Shown piece after piece: positions 47,901 to 60,879 of a stretch of 64,000 nt of DNA (its first letter is position 1; each line of letters opens with the position of its first letter). A program made the position numbers and the translations under genes. Location: contig OZ024759.1 in assembly GCA_964016885.1 (NCBI GenBank), forward strand, positions 6,386,001-6,450,000, in the 5' to 3' direction. The notes under the pieces were generated by a model. That model was not told where the DNA came from. It saw only the letters and a list, made by a program, of their open reading frames with translations, and did no database searches. Source of the DNA: Eledone cirrhosa (lineage: Eukaryota).

Positions 47901-48862
47901 ATAATTACCTTATGTTGTTTATTACATAACTATATATATATAACATCTATCTTCCATGCTAGCATGGGTTTAGACGGGAATTGAGGCAAGATTGGTTGTC
48001 TCACAGTTCTATACGAACGAGACAACCAATCTTGCCTCAAGTGGGACAATTCCCGTCTAAACCCATACTAGCGTGGAAGATGGAAGTTAAACGACGATGA
48101 TGATGATGATGATATATATAAAGTGACAATGGTGCTTTCATCCTCACGGGGTCGATAAAATAAAGTACCAGTAATACACTGGGATAATTGCTGGCCTTGT
48201 GCCAAAAGTAGAAACAATTATTTACAAAAAGTGAGAGAAACACAAACACAAACACAAGGACAATTCCCGATCAGCAGCTGTCTTCTGTAGATCTCTGATG
48301 TATTGAACTTATTAAAGACTACACCTCACCACACCTCACCACACCTCACCACACCTCACCACACCTCACCACAGCGTATTGATAGCTAAAAGGGAGAGCA
48401 ATCCGGGAAAAAACTCCAGACAATAATGAAAAGAATGACAAAAAAAGAAAACAAAAAAGGAAGACATAGCGATAGAGAAAGATGTGAGAGCAGTACATGA
48501 AAGTTGCAGTAACCAGGGAAAGAGAGGGAAGAGTTAATACTAAGTCCTGAACCTGTACTAACAACACGTGGAAGAGAGAAAAAAGAGCATCTGATCGACA
48601 ACAGGCACTGAGAGGAAGAGATGAAGGAAAAGGGAGGTGAGTAGAGGGGGCAGAGGGAGAGGGGGAGAAAGGAAATAGTAAGAGAGAACGAGAATAAGTG
48701 AGTGGGAGAAAGAGAAAGAAAAGGGTTAATGCAAATTGGCTGAACTTAAGTTCCAAAGCCGTATTAACAAGAAGAAGCGAGAGAGAATAGAACGGAGGTC
48801 ACAGCTTTAAATTAATATCAATTAAAAAGTGACAATGACACTGTCACTAATTCATATATATA

Positions 48863-49352
48863 TCTGCGTACGAAAGGCCGGTTGTATGATGCCTGTGTGA
48901 GGAGCGCGATGCTGCATGGTAGTGAGACATGGGCAGCAACTGCAGAGGATATGCGACGGCTGGAGAGAAATGAGGCAAACATGCTCCGTTGGATGTGCAG
49001 TGTAAATGTGTGTGAACGACCAAGCATGGATGTGTTGAGAGAGAAACTGTGTCTGAGAGGGATAGAATGTAGTGTGCGGGAGAGGAGACTGAGGTGGTAT
49101 GGACATGTGATGCGCATGGAGGATGACCGATGGGTGAAGAAGTGCCAGGAAATGCCAGTTGAAGGAAGACGTGGTAGAGGTAGACCACAAAAAACATGGG
49201 CGGAGGTGGTGAGAACAGATCTCAGATTGCTGAAGCTCACAGTGGAGATGACGAAGGACCGTGACAAGTGGAGAGATACTGTGCTGAATAGGACCCATCC
49301 CACCCTTGCAAGCAGGGAAAAGCAGACATAAAATGATGATCATGATGATGAT
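48863..49352 (+). mobile_element. PHD-RTE family 3' fragment
   Basis: [18 protein letters not shown]...TLASREKQT*; (GAT)n tail; (TA)n flanks. Confidence 0.9.
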
Positions 49353-49402
49353 ATACACACATATATATATATATCTATATCTATCTATATATATATATAT
49401 AA

Positions 49403-49594
49403 TAATTGTTTTTACTTTTGGCACAAGGCCTGCAATTCACCAGTGTATTACTGGTACTTTATTTTATCGACCCCGTAAGGATGAAAGGCAAAGTTAACCT
49501 CGGCGGGATTTGAACTCAGATCAGAAAGGGGCGTAACTCTGTGCTGCAAAGCATGTTGTCCAACCCTCTGCCGATACTGCCAGACCACCACCCT
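49403..49594 (-). mobile_element. tRNA-derived SINE (diverged)
   Basis: Reverse copy of 2579-2761. Further partial copies at about 24690-24820, 48130-48220 and 49888-49950. Confidence 0.85.
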
Positions 49595-49598
49595 AATA

Positions 49599-49873
49599 TC
49601 ATAATCTATAAAGCTCAGGGTGTGGTCATGCTCCTTCGTTATAGAAATCTACGATATAGAATTTCTTCAATTGAAATTTACAATTCAGGATTCGAAATAG
49701 TTTCGATTGCGCCTTGACGCAGATAATTTTTTCAATTTTACCCACAATTACGCAAAAAATAGATAAAACTCAATATTTTACGATTTTTCTCTCTCATTTA
49801 AACTGCTGAATGGGTGGTGCAACCTAACTTTGGTAACTTAATGACCCCGAGCAACGCCGGGCTTTAATGCTAG
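49599..49873 (+). mobile_element. Small non-autonomous Helitron
   Basis: A|TC...CTAG|T boundaries with a subterminal hairpin CCCGAGCAACGCCGGG (49846-49861) 8 nt before CTAG. Confidence 0.7.
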
Positions 49874-50189
49874 TATATATATATAATAATTGTTTCTACT
49901 TTAGGCACAAGGCCAGCAATTTCCCAGTGCATTACTGGTACTTTATTTTATAATAATAATAATAAATATAAAGACTAAAATCCAAAGATAATAATAATAA
50001 TAATAAATATAAAGATTAAAATCCAAATATATCAAATATATAAGAACCGTAGAGCAAATATTTATTTAAATAACAGATTAAAGTTTAAGCAAAGAATCGC
50101 TGCTTTCACCCTTAACAAGATCTTCTGAAGATCCCGTTAAGGGTGAAAGCAGCGATTATTTTAATAGATATATATATATGTATATATCA

Positions 50190-50505
50190 GTCCATTGGGT
50201 ATAGCTGCCGAGATGCTGAAGGCATCTGGGTCGGTAGGTCATACCATAACCACACGTATTATTAACCAGGTAATACTAGAAGGTGTCATACCAAAGGATT
50301 GGTGCAGTAGCATCATTGTCAACTGCTACACGGGTAAAGGTGATGCACTAGATAGAGGAAACTATAGAGGTATGAAGCTGATGGACCAAGTCATGAAAGT
50401 AACAGAAAGAGGTATAGCACAGTTGATTAGGGACCGGGTGAAACTAGATGAGATGCAATTTGGGTTTGTGCCAGGAAGAGGCACCACTGATACCCTCTTC
50501 CTTGC
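50190..50505 (+). mobile_element. RTE LINE internal fragment
   Basis: GIAAEMLKAS...GKGDALDRGNYRG...[14 protein letters not shown]. Confidence 0.85.
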
Positions 50506-50519
50506 AGCGAGTTCGCGGT

Positions 50520-50900
50520 AATTACTATGCGTCTTATACTTGGAACCACGCATTGGAGAACTCTACCACGCCCGCCAATAAAATCTGGCAGCTTAAGGAC
50601 AATAGAATATAACATTAACTGGTCGAAATTATCGACAGCTAAAGCCTACTGCAACGGTATGTCCCACTGCGGGCTCTGTAATTTAGAACTGCTACATATT
50701 CTAAGGCACGATAGGATGCTGCTTAACAGCAAAATAGAAAAATCCATTTTCTGTAGGCATAAAATAGCTACTAGATTTATGAACTTCAAACCACCACGAT
50801 TTGAACCAGCAATCCCAAAATTAGTACTGAACCACCTAGATTTTAACATATAGAATACACACTATCGCACCACTATTAGCTATCAAACTGCCAATGAATC
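50520..50900 (+). mobile_element. Penelope (Naiad-type) endonuclease C-terminal fragment
   Basis: YNINWSKLSTAKAY...CGLCNLELLHI...LLNSKIEKSIFCRH, homologous to the C-termini at 16903 and 20150-20330. Confidence 0.75.
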
Positions 50901-51269
50901 ACTGGACCATAAATCTCTGTACACTTCTTCCACCCTCTCTCCACCAACCTCATTTAGATGGAACTACCAGCAAAATATCTACAGCAAACATTTATCAAAA
51001 GTCCTGTCAACCCATAAGTATCATAAATCAATTAATCAATTGATAAATCAATTAATCTCTAATTTGTTGTCTTTCCTTTATCGGACCCTCCACACTGCAC
51101 CTCAAATCTGACCTCTCATGTTAGCACCAAAAACACTTCCTCGAAATCTACTAAAATCTAATTCTACATACACTATCTGATTCCTTTATTACTTTTAATT
51201 CTTTTATTTCTTTGTATTCTCCATTTCCTCATTTTTTTCTTATTATTATTACTTTTTAATGTACCCTAC

Positions 51270-52031
51270 CCCTTGGGCATTGTGTGCAGAGGATATATGC
51301 AGACTGGAGAGGAACGAAGCTTGCTTGCTCCGTTGGATGTGTAATAGTAATATACGTGAACGGCAAAGCATAAATGAACTAAGGGAGAAATTAGAAATAA
51401 GAGGAATCAGATGCTGTTTACTCGAGAGAAGACTACGCTGGTATGGTCATGTGATGCGCATGAAAGACGACAGCTGTATAAAAAAGTGCAGGGCGATAAA
51501 AATAGACGGTAGCCACAGAGTAGGCAGACCCAGAAAAACCTGGGACGACCTGATAAATTCCGACCTCACACACTTACACCTCTCCAAGACAATGTCACTG
51601 GACCGAGATCTTTGGCGCTATATAGTAATACAGAAGACCTGCCTTGCCTAAGTACAAAGCGAAACCTACAGTCAGTAGGCACCTCGTAACAAAAAAAAAA
51701 AAATACACCCCCGTCCCACTACCCCCACCCCATCCACACCGCCCCCTTCTATGTAAAGTTATGTTGGTACCACAACATCCAGTTCGAGACAAATGAGGTT
51801 GCGTAGGTGTCAAGACAAAAAACACACAGTTCACGCTGTAATGTGGCCGTGTAGGTAACACGGTAAAAACCTCCCAGCCCCACACTGTAAACGTGGTTGG
51901 TGTTAGGAAGGGCATCCAGCCATAGAAAACCTGCCAGACAGTCCTATACGAGCAGGACAACCAATCTTGCCTCAAGTGGGACAATTCCCGTCCAAACCCA
52001 TCCATACTAGCGTGGAAGATGGACTTTAAAC

Positions 52032-52066
<35 letters not shown>
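51270..52066 (+). mobile_element. RTE LINE 3' fragment with long UTR
   Basis: [13 protein letters not shown]...GRPRKTWDD; UTR with GGTGTTAGGAAGGGCATCCAGC; (GAT)n tail. Confidence 0.88.
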
Positions 52067-52109
<43 letters not shown>

Positions 52110-52321
52110 TGAATCAAAACATATCAAATAAGTTAGAATTTTGTGTTTCTCAATAAGCTCAATAGACCTCATCTAGAGCCATAGTAACTAAATGAAATGA
52201 TATATGTATATATAGAGAAAGAGCTACATATCGTGCAAGAAACACATTTCAACAGCTAGATCTAACTGTTGAAATGGCAGGAGCTCAGCCAGTGGGGGCC
52301 CAAATCCTTCATATATATATA

Positions 52322-52569
<248 letters not shown>

Positions 52570-52573
52570 CATA

Positions 52574-55500
52574 CATCATCATCATCATCATCATTTTACG
52601 TCCGCTTTTCCCTGCTTGCAAGGGTGGGACGGGTCTTATTCAGCAAAGCATCTCTCCACTCGTCACGGTCCCTCGTCATCTCCACCGTGAGCTTCAATGA
52701 TCTGAGGTCTGTTCTCACCACCTCCGCCCATGTTTTTCGTGGTCTACCTCTACCACGTCTTCCTTCAACTGGCATTTCCTGGCACTTCTTCACCCATCGG
52801 TCATCCTCCATGCGCATCACATGTCCATACCACCTCAGTCTCCTCTCCCGTACACTACATTCTATCCCTCTCAGACACAGTTTCTCTCTCAACACATTTA
52901 TGCTGGGTCGTTCACGCACATTTTCACTGCACATCCAACGGAGCATGCTTGCCTCATTTCTCTCCAGCCGTCGCATATCTTCTGCGGTAGCTGCCCATGT
53001 CTCACTACCATGCAGCATCGCGCTCCTCACACAGGCATCATACAACCGGCCTTTCGTACGCAGGGAGAAACCCTTCTTCGTCAACAGAGGAAGCAGCTCC
53101 CTAAACTTCTTCCAACCCGTCCTTATTCTAGATACTATGGCCTCGGAACACCCTCCTCCCATGCTAATCTGATCTCCTAGGTACCGGAAGCTATCCACCA
53201 CTTCTATAGCGCCCTCTCGCATTTGAAAAATGTGTCTATCAGTGCGACTTCTACTGTCTAATTTCCCTGTACATCTACTGCATACATATTTCTCCCTACC
53301 TGTTAGTTTGCCTGCTATCCCGCTACATCTCTTGTGTACCCAGGATCTACATTGTGTGCATTTTATAGAATTTATGCCAGTTCCTTTTCTGCATATCGAA
53401 CATGGCCATTTCCCTGACGGAATCAGGGTTTTGTCCTCTTTTCTACTCATCAACACTTTTGTCTTAGCTAGATTTACTCTCAGTCCTCTTGCTTCCAACT
53501 GCTGTTTCCATAGCCGGAATTTATTCTCTAGCTCCTCTACTGATTCTGCCATAAGAGCCAGATCGTCAGCATAGAGAAGTTCCCATGGACAGCCAGTCTT
53601 AAACTCCTCTGTTATGGCTTGGAGGACTATAATGAACAAGAGCGGGCTGAGGACCGAACCCTGATGTACTCCTACTTGTATCTGGAATTCCTCACTAAAC
53701 TCCATTCCTACCCTGACTTTACTGAGAGGACCTCTGTACAAAGTTTGCACTGTCCTTACAAGCCATTCCTCAACACCCAGCTTCCTTAGGGACCACCAGA
53801 TGACAGATCGGGGTACCCTATCAAAGGCCTTCTCTAGGTCAACAAAGGCTAAGTATAGTGGCTTATTCTTCTCTAAGAACCTCTCTTGCATTTGTCTCAC
53901 CAAGAAGAGGGCATCTGTTGTACTCTTCCCAGGCACAAAACCAAACTGCATCTCATCTAGTTTGACCCTTTCTCTAATTAGTTGTGCTAAAATCCTTTCT
54001 GCCACTTTCATAACCTGATCTATCAGTTTTATACCCCTATAATTGCTCCTCTCCAAAGCATCCCCTTTACCTTTGTAGCAATTTATGAGAATACTGCTGC
54101 ACCAGTCTTTGGGTATGACACCACCATATATAGCCTGATTGATTATGCGTGCAACCAGTTTAGTGCCTACGTCCCCTGATGCCTTCAGCATCTCAGCAAC
54201 TATTCCCGATGGTCCGGCCGCCTTACCATTTTTCATTTCCCTAATCGCCTCTTGGACCCTATATTCGTCAATCTCAATAGCTGGTCCCTCTGTCGGATCT
54301 ACCAAGGGTAATTTCTCTCTCTCCCATTCGTTCTCCACATTCATCAGTCTCTCATAATGACATTTCCAGGCCTCCTTTTTCTGGTCATTCGTGACACTAA
54401 GTACACCGGCATCATCCCGGACACATTTATCACCAACAACATCCTGATTTGCATTGACACATTGCCTTGCAATGTGGAACACCGCACGCCTCTGATCTTC
54501 CCGTCGCAGAACATTGGCAAACCTCCTACTCTCTGCCTCCCTGCGTGCTAAGTACACCTGGCGTCTAGCTTCTCTCTTAGTGGCTGTATATTCTTCCCTA
54601 CTCCCACCCTTATTCCAAGCCTTCCATGCTAGTCTTTTGTCTCTAATAGCCTTATCTACACTGCTGTTCCACCACCAGGTCACTCTCTGTCTGGTTGGAG
54701 CTCTGCTCCAGCCACAGGTTTCATCAGTAGCCTTCAGCAAGTTGTCACGTAAGAACTTCCAGTTATTATCTATGTCATACGTCTCTAAATCGTCTTCTTT
54801 TTCGTCATATACATCTTGAAGGGCTTTCCTAAATTTGAATTTTAGTGAAAGGTCTTTTAGCTTCCAGACCTTTCTTCTCCACACCTTCCTATATGTCTCA
54901 TTCCATCTCTTGCTTACTGAGATATCACTAACAACTAACCTATGCTGTGGGGTACATTCTTCCCCAGGGTATGCCTTGGTATTAGACACTATCTGCCTGT
55001 CCCGCTGCCTAACTAGCAGGAAGTCAATCTGGCTTATGTGCTCACCAGATTTGTAGGTTATTAGGTGATTGGCAGGTTTCTGGAAGTTTGTGTTGCAAAT
55101 AGTCAATGTACTTGCATCACAAAATTCAAGAAGTCTCACTCCTTCTTCATTTCTTGAACCGTAACCGTGCCCACCATGTACCCCAGTGTAACCATCCTGG
55201 AGCTGTCCAACATGACCATTGAAGTCTCCTGCTAGCATAACGATGTCTCCGTCCTCTGTCATTGTGGTTGTTTGCAAAAGTTGCTCATAAAAGCAGTCTT
55301 TCTCATCTTTGCCTAGGCCTGCTTGGGGAGCATAGACCGAGATGATTGTCAGTAGTCTCCTACCTACAACTAATCTAAGCTTAATTATTCGATTACTAAC
55401 TCGAACTACCTCTATTGTCTTATTGATCCATTTCTCAGCCAGGAAAATGCCTACTCCCCCTAACCCATCATCCTTACCTACCCAGAATAGCTTATAGCTA

Positions 55501-55853
55501 AGACGCTTGCCTACGACTAGTCTCGCAGAGGCACCCCTCCATCTCACCTCTTGCACGCAGCACACATCCACCTGCCTTCTCTCCAGCATCTCCGCTATTT
55601 CAGCAGACCTACCTCTGAGAGTGCCAATATTAAGTGTTGCAACTCTGAGATGCGACGTCTTCATATTTTTCTATGCTGTTTTGTTGCTGTGCTGATAAGC
55701 TTTTTGGCATTGATACACTGGTTGGATGCCCTTCCTAACACCAGCGCCACTTTACAGCATGGACTGGGTGCTTTTATTTGTGCCACCAGCACTAGAGAGG
55801 ATGTCTTACTAGACTCAAGGGCCCTCTCTACCCCTCCATTTTACAGCATGGTC

Positions 55854-55886
<33 letters not shown>
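52574..55886 (-). mobile_element. Full-length RTE-clade LINE, copy 1
   Basis: 5' T30 tract, about 190-bp UTR, intact ORF, (GAT)n tail in (TA)n. Confidence 0.95.
52596..55664 (-). CDS. RTE ORF: APE endonuclease + reverse transcriptase with inserted PHD-type finger
   Basis: [34 protein letters not shown] (APE); [38 protein letters not shown] (RT); [16 protein letters not shown]. Confidence 0.95.
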   Translation of the reverse strand: MKTSHLRVATLNIGTLRGRSAEIAEMLERRQVDVCCVQEVRWRGASARLVVGKRLSYKLFWVGKDDGLGGVGIFLAEKWINKTIEVVRVSNRIIKLRLVVGRRLLTIISVYAPQAGLGKDEKDCFYEQLLQTTTMTEDGDIVMLAGDFNGHVGQLQDGYTGVHGGHGYGSRNEEGVRLLEFCDASTLTICNTNFQKPANHLITYKSGEHISQIDFLLVRQRDRQIVSNTKAYPGEECTPQHRLVVSDISVSKRWNETYRKVWRRKVWKLKDLSLKFKFRKALQDVYDEKEDDLETYDIDNNWKFLRDNLLKATDETCGWSRAPTRQRVTWWWNSSVDKAIRDKRLAWKAWNKGGSREEYTATKREARRQVYLARREAESRRFANVLRREDQRRAVFHIARQCVNANQDVVGDKCVRDDAGVLSVTNDQKKEAWKCHYERLMNVENEWEREKLPLVDPTEGPAIEIDEYRVQEAIREMKNGKAAGPSGIVAEMLKASGDVGTKLVARIINQAIYGGVIPKDWCSSILINCYKGKGDALERSNYRGIKLIDQVMKVAERILAQLIRERVKLDEMQFGFVPGKSTTDALFLVRQMQERFLEKNKPLYLAFVDLEKAFDRVPRSVIWWSLRKLGVEEWLVRTVQTLYRGPLSKVRVGMEFSEEFQIQVGVHQGSVLSPLLFIIVLQAITEEFKTGCPWELLYADDLALMAESVEELENKFRLWKQQLEARGLRVNLAKTKVLMSRKEDKTLIPSGKWPCSICRKGTGINSIKCTQCRSWVHKRCSGIAGKLTGREKYVCSRCTGKLDSRSRTDRHIFQMREGAIEVVDSFRYLGDQISMGGGCSEAIVSRIRTGWKKFRELLPLLTKKGFSLRTKGRLYDACVRSAMLHGSETWAATAEDMRRLERNEASMLRWMCSENVRERPSINVLREKLCLRGIECSVRERRLRWYGHVMRMEDDRWVKKCQEMPVEGRRGRGRPRKTWAEVVRTDLRSLKLTVEMTRDRDEWRDALLNKTRPTLASREKRT

Positions 55887-55888
<2 letters not shown>

Positions 55889-56095
55889 TATTGACACGAC
55901 TCACACACTAATACTCATGCATACGAACCACAACCACACATACCAACACTCATTCATGCATACAATCACACACACAACTCACAAACATATATATATATAC
56001 ATATATTACCGACAGTACTGATACAAAATCAAAATCAAAGTCAAAATCAAAATCAAAATCAAAATCAAAATATATATATATACATATATATATAC

Positions 56096-56190
<95 letters not shown>

Positions 56191-56191
56191 C

Positions 56192-56222
<31 letters not shown>

Positions 56223-56223
56223 C

Positions 56224-56345
56224 ATACATCATCATCATCATCATTGTTTAACGTCCATGTTCCACGCTTGCATGGGTTTGGACGGGAGTTTTCCCACTTG
56301 AGGCAAGAGTGGTTGTCTTGCTCGCATAGGACTGTCTGGCGGCAT
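56224..56345 (-). mobile_element. Short RTE-type tail fragment in the spacer
   Basis: Reverse of CCGCCAGACAGTCCTATGCGAGCAAGACAACCACTC...GGACGTTAAAC(GAT)n, as at 43395-43535. Confidence 0.8.
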
Positions 56346-56461
56346 ATATATATATATGATGATGATGATGATGATGATGATGATATATATACATACATAT
56401 ATACATATATCTATATATATATATATATATACATACATATATACATATATATACATATATG

Positions 56462-56497
<36 letters not shown>

Positions 56498-56502
56498 TAT
56501 AA

Positions 56503-56545
<43 letters not shown>

Positions 56546-56579
<34 letters not shown>

Positions 56580-59500
56580 GACCATGCTGTAAAATGGAGG
56601 GGTAGAGAGGGCCCTTGAGTCTAGTAAGACATCCTCTCTAGTGCTGGTGGCACAAATAAAAGCATCCAGTCCATGCTGTAAAGTGGCGCTGGTGTTAGGA
56701 AGGGCATCCAACCAGTGTATCAATGCCAAAAAGCTTATCAGCACAGCAACAAAACAGCATAGAAAAATATGAAGACGTCGCATCTCAGAGTTGCAACACT
56801 TAATGTTGACACTCTCAGAGGTAGGTCTGCTGAAATAGCGGAGATGCTGGAGAGAAGGCAGGTGGATGTGTGCTGCGTGCAAGAGGTGAGATGGAGAGGT
56901 GCCTCTGCGAGACTAGTCGTAGGCAAGCGTCTTAGCTATAAGCTATTCTGGGTAGGTAAGGATGATGGGTTAGAGGGAGTAGGCATTTTCCTGGCTGAGA
57001 AATGGATCAATAAGACAATAGAGGTAGTTCGAGTTAGTAATCGAATAATTAAGCTTAGATTAGTTGTAGGTAGGAGACTACTGACAATCATCTCGGTCTA
57101 TGCTCCCCAAGCAGGCCTAGGCAAAGATGAGAAAGACTGCTTTTATGAGCAACTCTTGCAAACAACCACAATGACAGAGGACGGAGACATCGTTATGCTA
57201 GCAGGAGACTTCAATGGTCATGTTGGACAGCTCCAGGATGGTTACACTGGGGTACATGGTGGGCACGGTTATGGTTCAAGAAATGAAGAAGGAGTGAGAC
57301 TTCTTGAATTTTGTGATGCAAGTACATTGACTATTTGCAACACAAACTTCCAGAAACCTGCCAATCACCTAATAACCTACAAATCTGGTGAGCACATAAG
57401 CCAGATTGACTTCCTGCTAGTTAGGCAGCGGGACAGGCAGATAGTGTCTAATACCAAGGCATACCCTGGGGAAGAATGTACCCCACAGCATAGGTTAGTT
57501 GTTAGTGATATCTCAGTAAGCAAGAGATGGAATGAGACATATAGGAAGGTGTGGAGAAGAAAGGTCTGGAAGCTAAAAGACCTTTCACTAAAATTCAAAT
57601 TTAGGAAAGCCCTTCAAGATGTATATGAAGAAAAAGAAGACGATTTAGAGACGTATGACATAGATAATAACTGGAAGTTCTTACGTGACAACTTGCTGAA
57701 GGCTACTGATGAAACCTGTGGCTGGAGCAGAGCTCCAACCAGACAGAGAGTGACCTGGTGGTGGAACAGCAGTGTAGATAAGGCTATTAGAGACAAAAGA
57801 CTAGCATGGAAGGCTTGGAATAAGGGTGGGAGTAGGGAAGAATATACAGCCACTAAGAGAGAAGCTAGACGCCAGGTGTACTTAGCACGCAGGGAGGCAG
57901 AGAGTAGGAGGTTTGCCAATGTTCTGCGACGGGAAGATCAGAGGCGTGCGGTGTTCCACATTGCAAGGCAGTGTGTCAATGCAAATCAGGATGTTGTTGG
58001 TGATAAATGTGTCCGGGATGATGCCGGTGTACTTAGTGTCACGAATGACCAGAAAAAGGAGGCCTGGAAATGTCATTATGAGAGACTGATGAATGTGGAG
58101 AACGAATGGGAGAGAGAAAAATTACCCTTGGTAGATCCGATAGAGGGATCAGCTATTGAGATTGACGAATATAGGGTCCAAGAGGCGATTAGGGAAATGA
58201 AGAATGGTAAGGCGGCCGGACCATCGGGAATAGTTGCTGAGATGCTGAAGGCATCAGGGGACGTAGGCACTAAACTGGTTGCACGCATAATCAATCAGGC
58301 TATATATGGTGGTGTCATACCCAAAGACTGGTGCAGCAGTATTCTCATAAATTGCTACAAAGGTAAAGGGGATGCTTTGGAGAGGAGCAATTATAGGGGT
58401 ATAAAACTGATAGATCAGGTTATGAAAGTGGCAGAAAGGATTTTAGCACAACTAATTAGAGAAAGGGTCAAACTAGATGAGATGCAGTTTGGTTTTGTGC
58501 CTGGGAAGAGTACAACAGATGCCCTCTTCTTGGTGAGACAAATGCAAGAGAGGTTCTTAGAGAAGAATAAGCCACTATACTTAGCCTTTGTTGACCTAGA
58601 GAAGGCCTTTGATAGGGTACCCCGATCTGTCATCTGGTGGTCCCTAAGGAAGCTGGGTGTTGAGGAATGGCTTGTAAGGACAGTGCAAACTTTGTACAGA
58701 GGTCCTCTCAGTAAAGTCAGGGTAGGAATGGAGTTTAGTGAGGAATTCCAGATACAAGTAGGAGTACATCAGGGTTCGGTCCTCAGCCCGCTCTTGTTCA
58801 TTATAGTCCTCCAAGCCATAACAGAGGAGTTTAAGACTGGCTGTCCATGGGAACTTCTCTATGCTGACGATCTGGCTCTTATGGCAGAATCAGTAGAGGA
58901 GCTAGAGAATAAATTCCGGCTATGGAAACAGCAGTTGGAAGCAAGAGGACTGAGAGTAAATCTAGCTAAGACAAAAGTGTTGATGAGTAGAAAAGAGGAC
59001 AAAACCCTGATTCCGTCAGGGAAATGGCCATGTTCGATATGCAGAAAAGGAACTGGCATAAATTCTATAAAATGCACACAATGTAGATCCTGGGTACACA
59101 AGAGATGTAGCGGGATAGCAGGCAAACTAACAGGTAGGGAGAAATATGTATGCAGTAGATGTACAGGGAAATTAGACAGTAGAAGTCGCACTGATAGACA
59201 CATTTTTCAAATGCGAGAGGGCGCTATAGAAGTGGTGGATAGCTTCCGGTACCTAGGAGATCAGATTAGCATGGGAGGAGGGTGTTCCGAGGCCATAGTA
59301 TCTAGAATAAGGACGGGTTGGAAGAAGTTTAGGGAGCTGCTTCCTCTGTTGACGAAGAAGGGTTTCTCCCTGCGTACGAAAGGCCGGTTGTATGATGCCT
59401 GTGTGAGGAGCGCGATGCTGCATGGTAGTGAGACATGGGCAGCTACCGCAGAAGATATGCGACGGCTGGAGAGAAATGAGGCAAGCATGCTCCGTTGGAT

Positions 59501-59857
59501 GTGCAGTGAAAATGTGCGTGAACGACCCAGCATAAATGTGTTGAGAGAGAAACTGTGTCTGAGAGGGATAGAATGTAGTGTACGGGAGAGGAGACTGAGG
59601 TGGTATGGACATGTGATGCGCATGGAGGATGACCGATGGGTGAAGAAGTGCCAGGAAATGCCAGTTGAAGGAAGACGTGGTAGAGGTAGACCACGAAAAA
59701 CATGGGCGGAGGTGGTGAGAACAGACCTCAGATCATTGAAGCTCACGGTGGAGATGACGAGGGACCGTGACGAGTGGAGAGATGCTGTGCTGAATAAGAC
59801 CCGTCCCACCCTTGCAAGCAGGGAAGAGCGGACGTAAAATGATGATGATGATGATGA

Positions 59858-59861
<4 letters not shown>
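56546..59861 (+). mobile_element. Full-length RTE-clade LINE, copy 2
   Basis: 5' T30 tract, UTR, intact ORF, (GAT)n tail; (TA)n on both sides. Confidence 0.95.
56769..59837 (+). CDS. RTE ORF: APE endonuclease + reverse transcriptase with inserted PHD-type finger
   Basis: Same motifs as copy 1; about 8 aa differences in 1022; C4HC3 finger at 59031-59162. Confidence 0.95.
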   Translation: MKTSHLRVATLNVDTLRGRSAEIAEMLERRQVDVCCVQEVRWRGASARLVVGKRLSYKLFWVGKDDGLEGVGIFLAEKWINKTIEVVRVSNRIIKLRLVVGRRLLTIISVYAPQAGLGKDEKDCFYEQLLQTTTMTEDGDIVMLAGDFNGHVGQLQDGYTGVHGGHGYGSRNEEGVRLLEFCDASTLTICNTNFQKPANHLITYKSGEHISQIDFLLVRQRDRQIVSNTKAYPGEECTPQHRLVVSDISVSKRWNETYRKVWRRKVWKLKDLSLKFKFRKALQDVYEEKEDDLETYDIDNNWKFLRDNLLKATDETCGWSRAPTRQRVTWWWNSSVDKAIRDKRLAWKAWNKGGSREEYTATKREARRQVYLARREAESRRFANVLRREDQRRAVFHIARQCVNANQDVVGDKCVRDDAGVLSVTNDQKKEAWKCHYERLMNVENEWEREKLPLVDPIEGSAIEIDEYRVQEAIREMKNGKAAGPSGIVAEMLKASGDVGTKLVARIINQAIYGGVIPKDWCSSILINCYKGKGDALERSNYRGIKLIDQVMKVAERILAQLIRERVKLDEMQFGFVPGKSTTDALFLVRQMQERFLEKNKPLYLAFVDLEKAFDRVPRSVIWWSLRKLGVEEWLVRTVQTLYRGPLSKVRVGMEFSEEFQIQVGVHQGSVLSPLLFIIVLQAITEEFKTGCPWELLYADDLALMAESVEELENKFRLWKQQLEARGLRVNLAKTKVLMSRKEDKTLIPSGKWPCSICRKGTGINSIKCTQCRSWVHKRCSGIAGKLTGREKYVCSRCTGKLDSRSRTDRHIFQMREGAIEVVDSFRYLGDQISMGGGCSEAIVSRIRTGWKKFRELLPLLTKKGFSLRTKGRLYDACVRSAMLHGSETWAATAEDMRRLERNEASMLRWMCSENVRERPSINVLREKLCLRGIECSVRERRLRWYGHVMRMEDDRWVKKCQEMPVEGRRGRGRPRKTWAEVVRTDLRSLKLTVEMTRDRDEWRDAVLNKTRPTLASREERT

Positions 59862-59920
<59 letters not shown>

Positions 59921-59956
59921 TACATATATATACATATATGTATATATATATATATA

Positions 59957-60408
59957 TAGAAAGGATGAATATAAAATGAAAGTGCTTTTGTTAAAAAAGG
60001 AATTTATTAGGTATTGACATATGTTTCTGTAACAGACCGAATACCTATGTATCGCTGCTTGCGTAATCATATAATGTTAGCAAGTATTCGATAGCAAATG
60101 TATAATCAGTTGTCATCCAGTTTATCCAAAATCTCTGAAGAAGTGACAACTGATTATACATTTGCTATCGAATACTTGCTAACATTATATGATTACGCAA
60201 GCAGCGATACATAGGTATTCGGTCTGTTACAGAAACATATGTCAATACCTAATAAATTCCTTTTTTAACAAAAGCACTTTCATTTTATATTCATCCTTTC
60301 TACATTTCTCCGGAATATAATTTATACTCGTTGAGCAAACCTGCACGTACGCTGTTCATCTCTAACGTAACGATATATTATCACTACATTATTGATAACC
60401 TGAAATTT

Positions 60409-60410
<2 letters not shown>
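59957..60410 (+). mobile_element. Solo fold-back Penelope pLTR (family of 17795-20970)
   Basis: About 160-bp inverted repeat 59957-60115 / 60144-60302 plus the tail 60303-60410 that matches 17795-17903 in reverse. Confidence 0.88.
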
Positions 60411-60442
<32 letters not shown>

Positions 60443-60455
60443 TAAATATACATAC

Positions 60456-60550
<95 letters not shown>

Positions 60551-60570
60551 TACATATATATACATATATG

Positions 60571-60602
<32 letters not shown>

Positions 60603-60879
60603 CATATGTTGCATGTTCAACAGAAAAGATTATGTAGTCTATCAGGAAATACTATCTAATTAAGAGAAGATAAATAACAGGTATTTGGTTATCAAAAGGG
60701 AATATAGCAGGTGTGTTGTGGTCGAAAGCTTGCTTTATGAATATAGTCATAAATTGTAAGATAATATATAAAATATACAGCTGCATCTCTTAAAGATACA
60801 CAGACATGCAAGAATATATGTGTATGTATGTATGTATGTTTTCTCTTTCTCTTAATTTTGAGTATATTTTTTTGACCGG

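Noticed and set aside
52730-59703. Many short antisense ORFs overlapping the RTE ORFs
   Set aside because: Shadow frames of the LINE coding strand, duplicated only because the element is duplicated.
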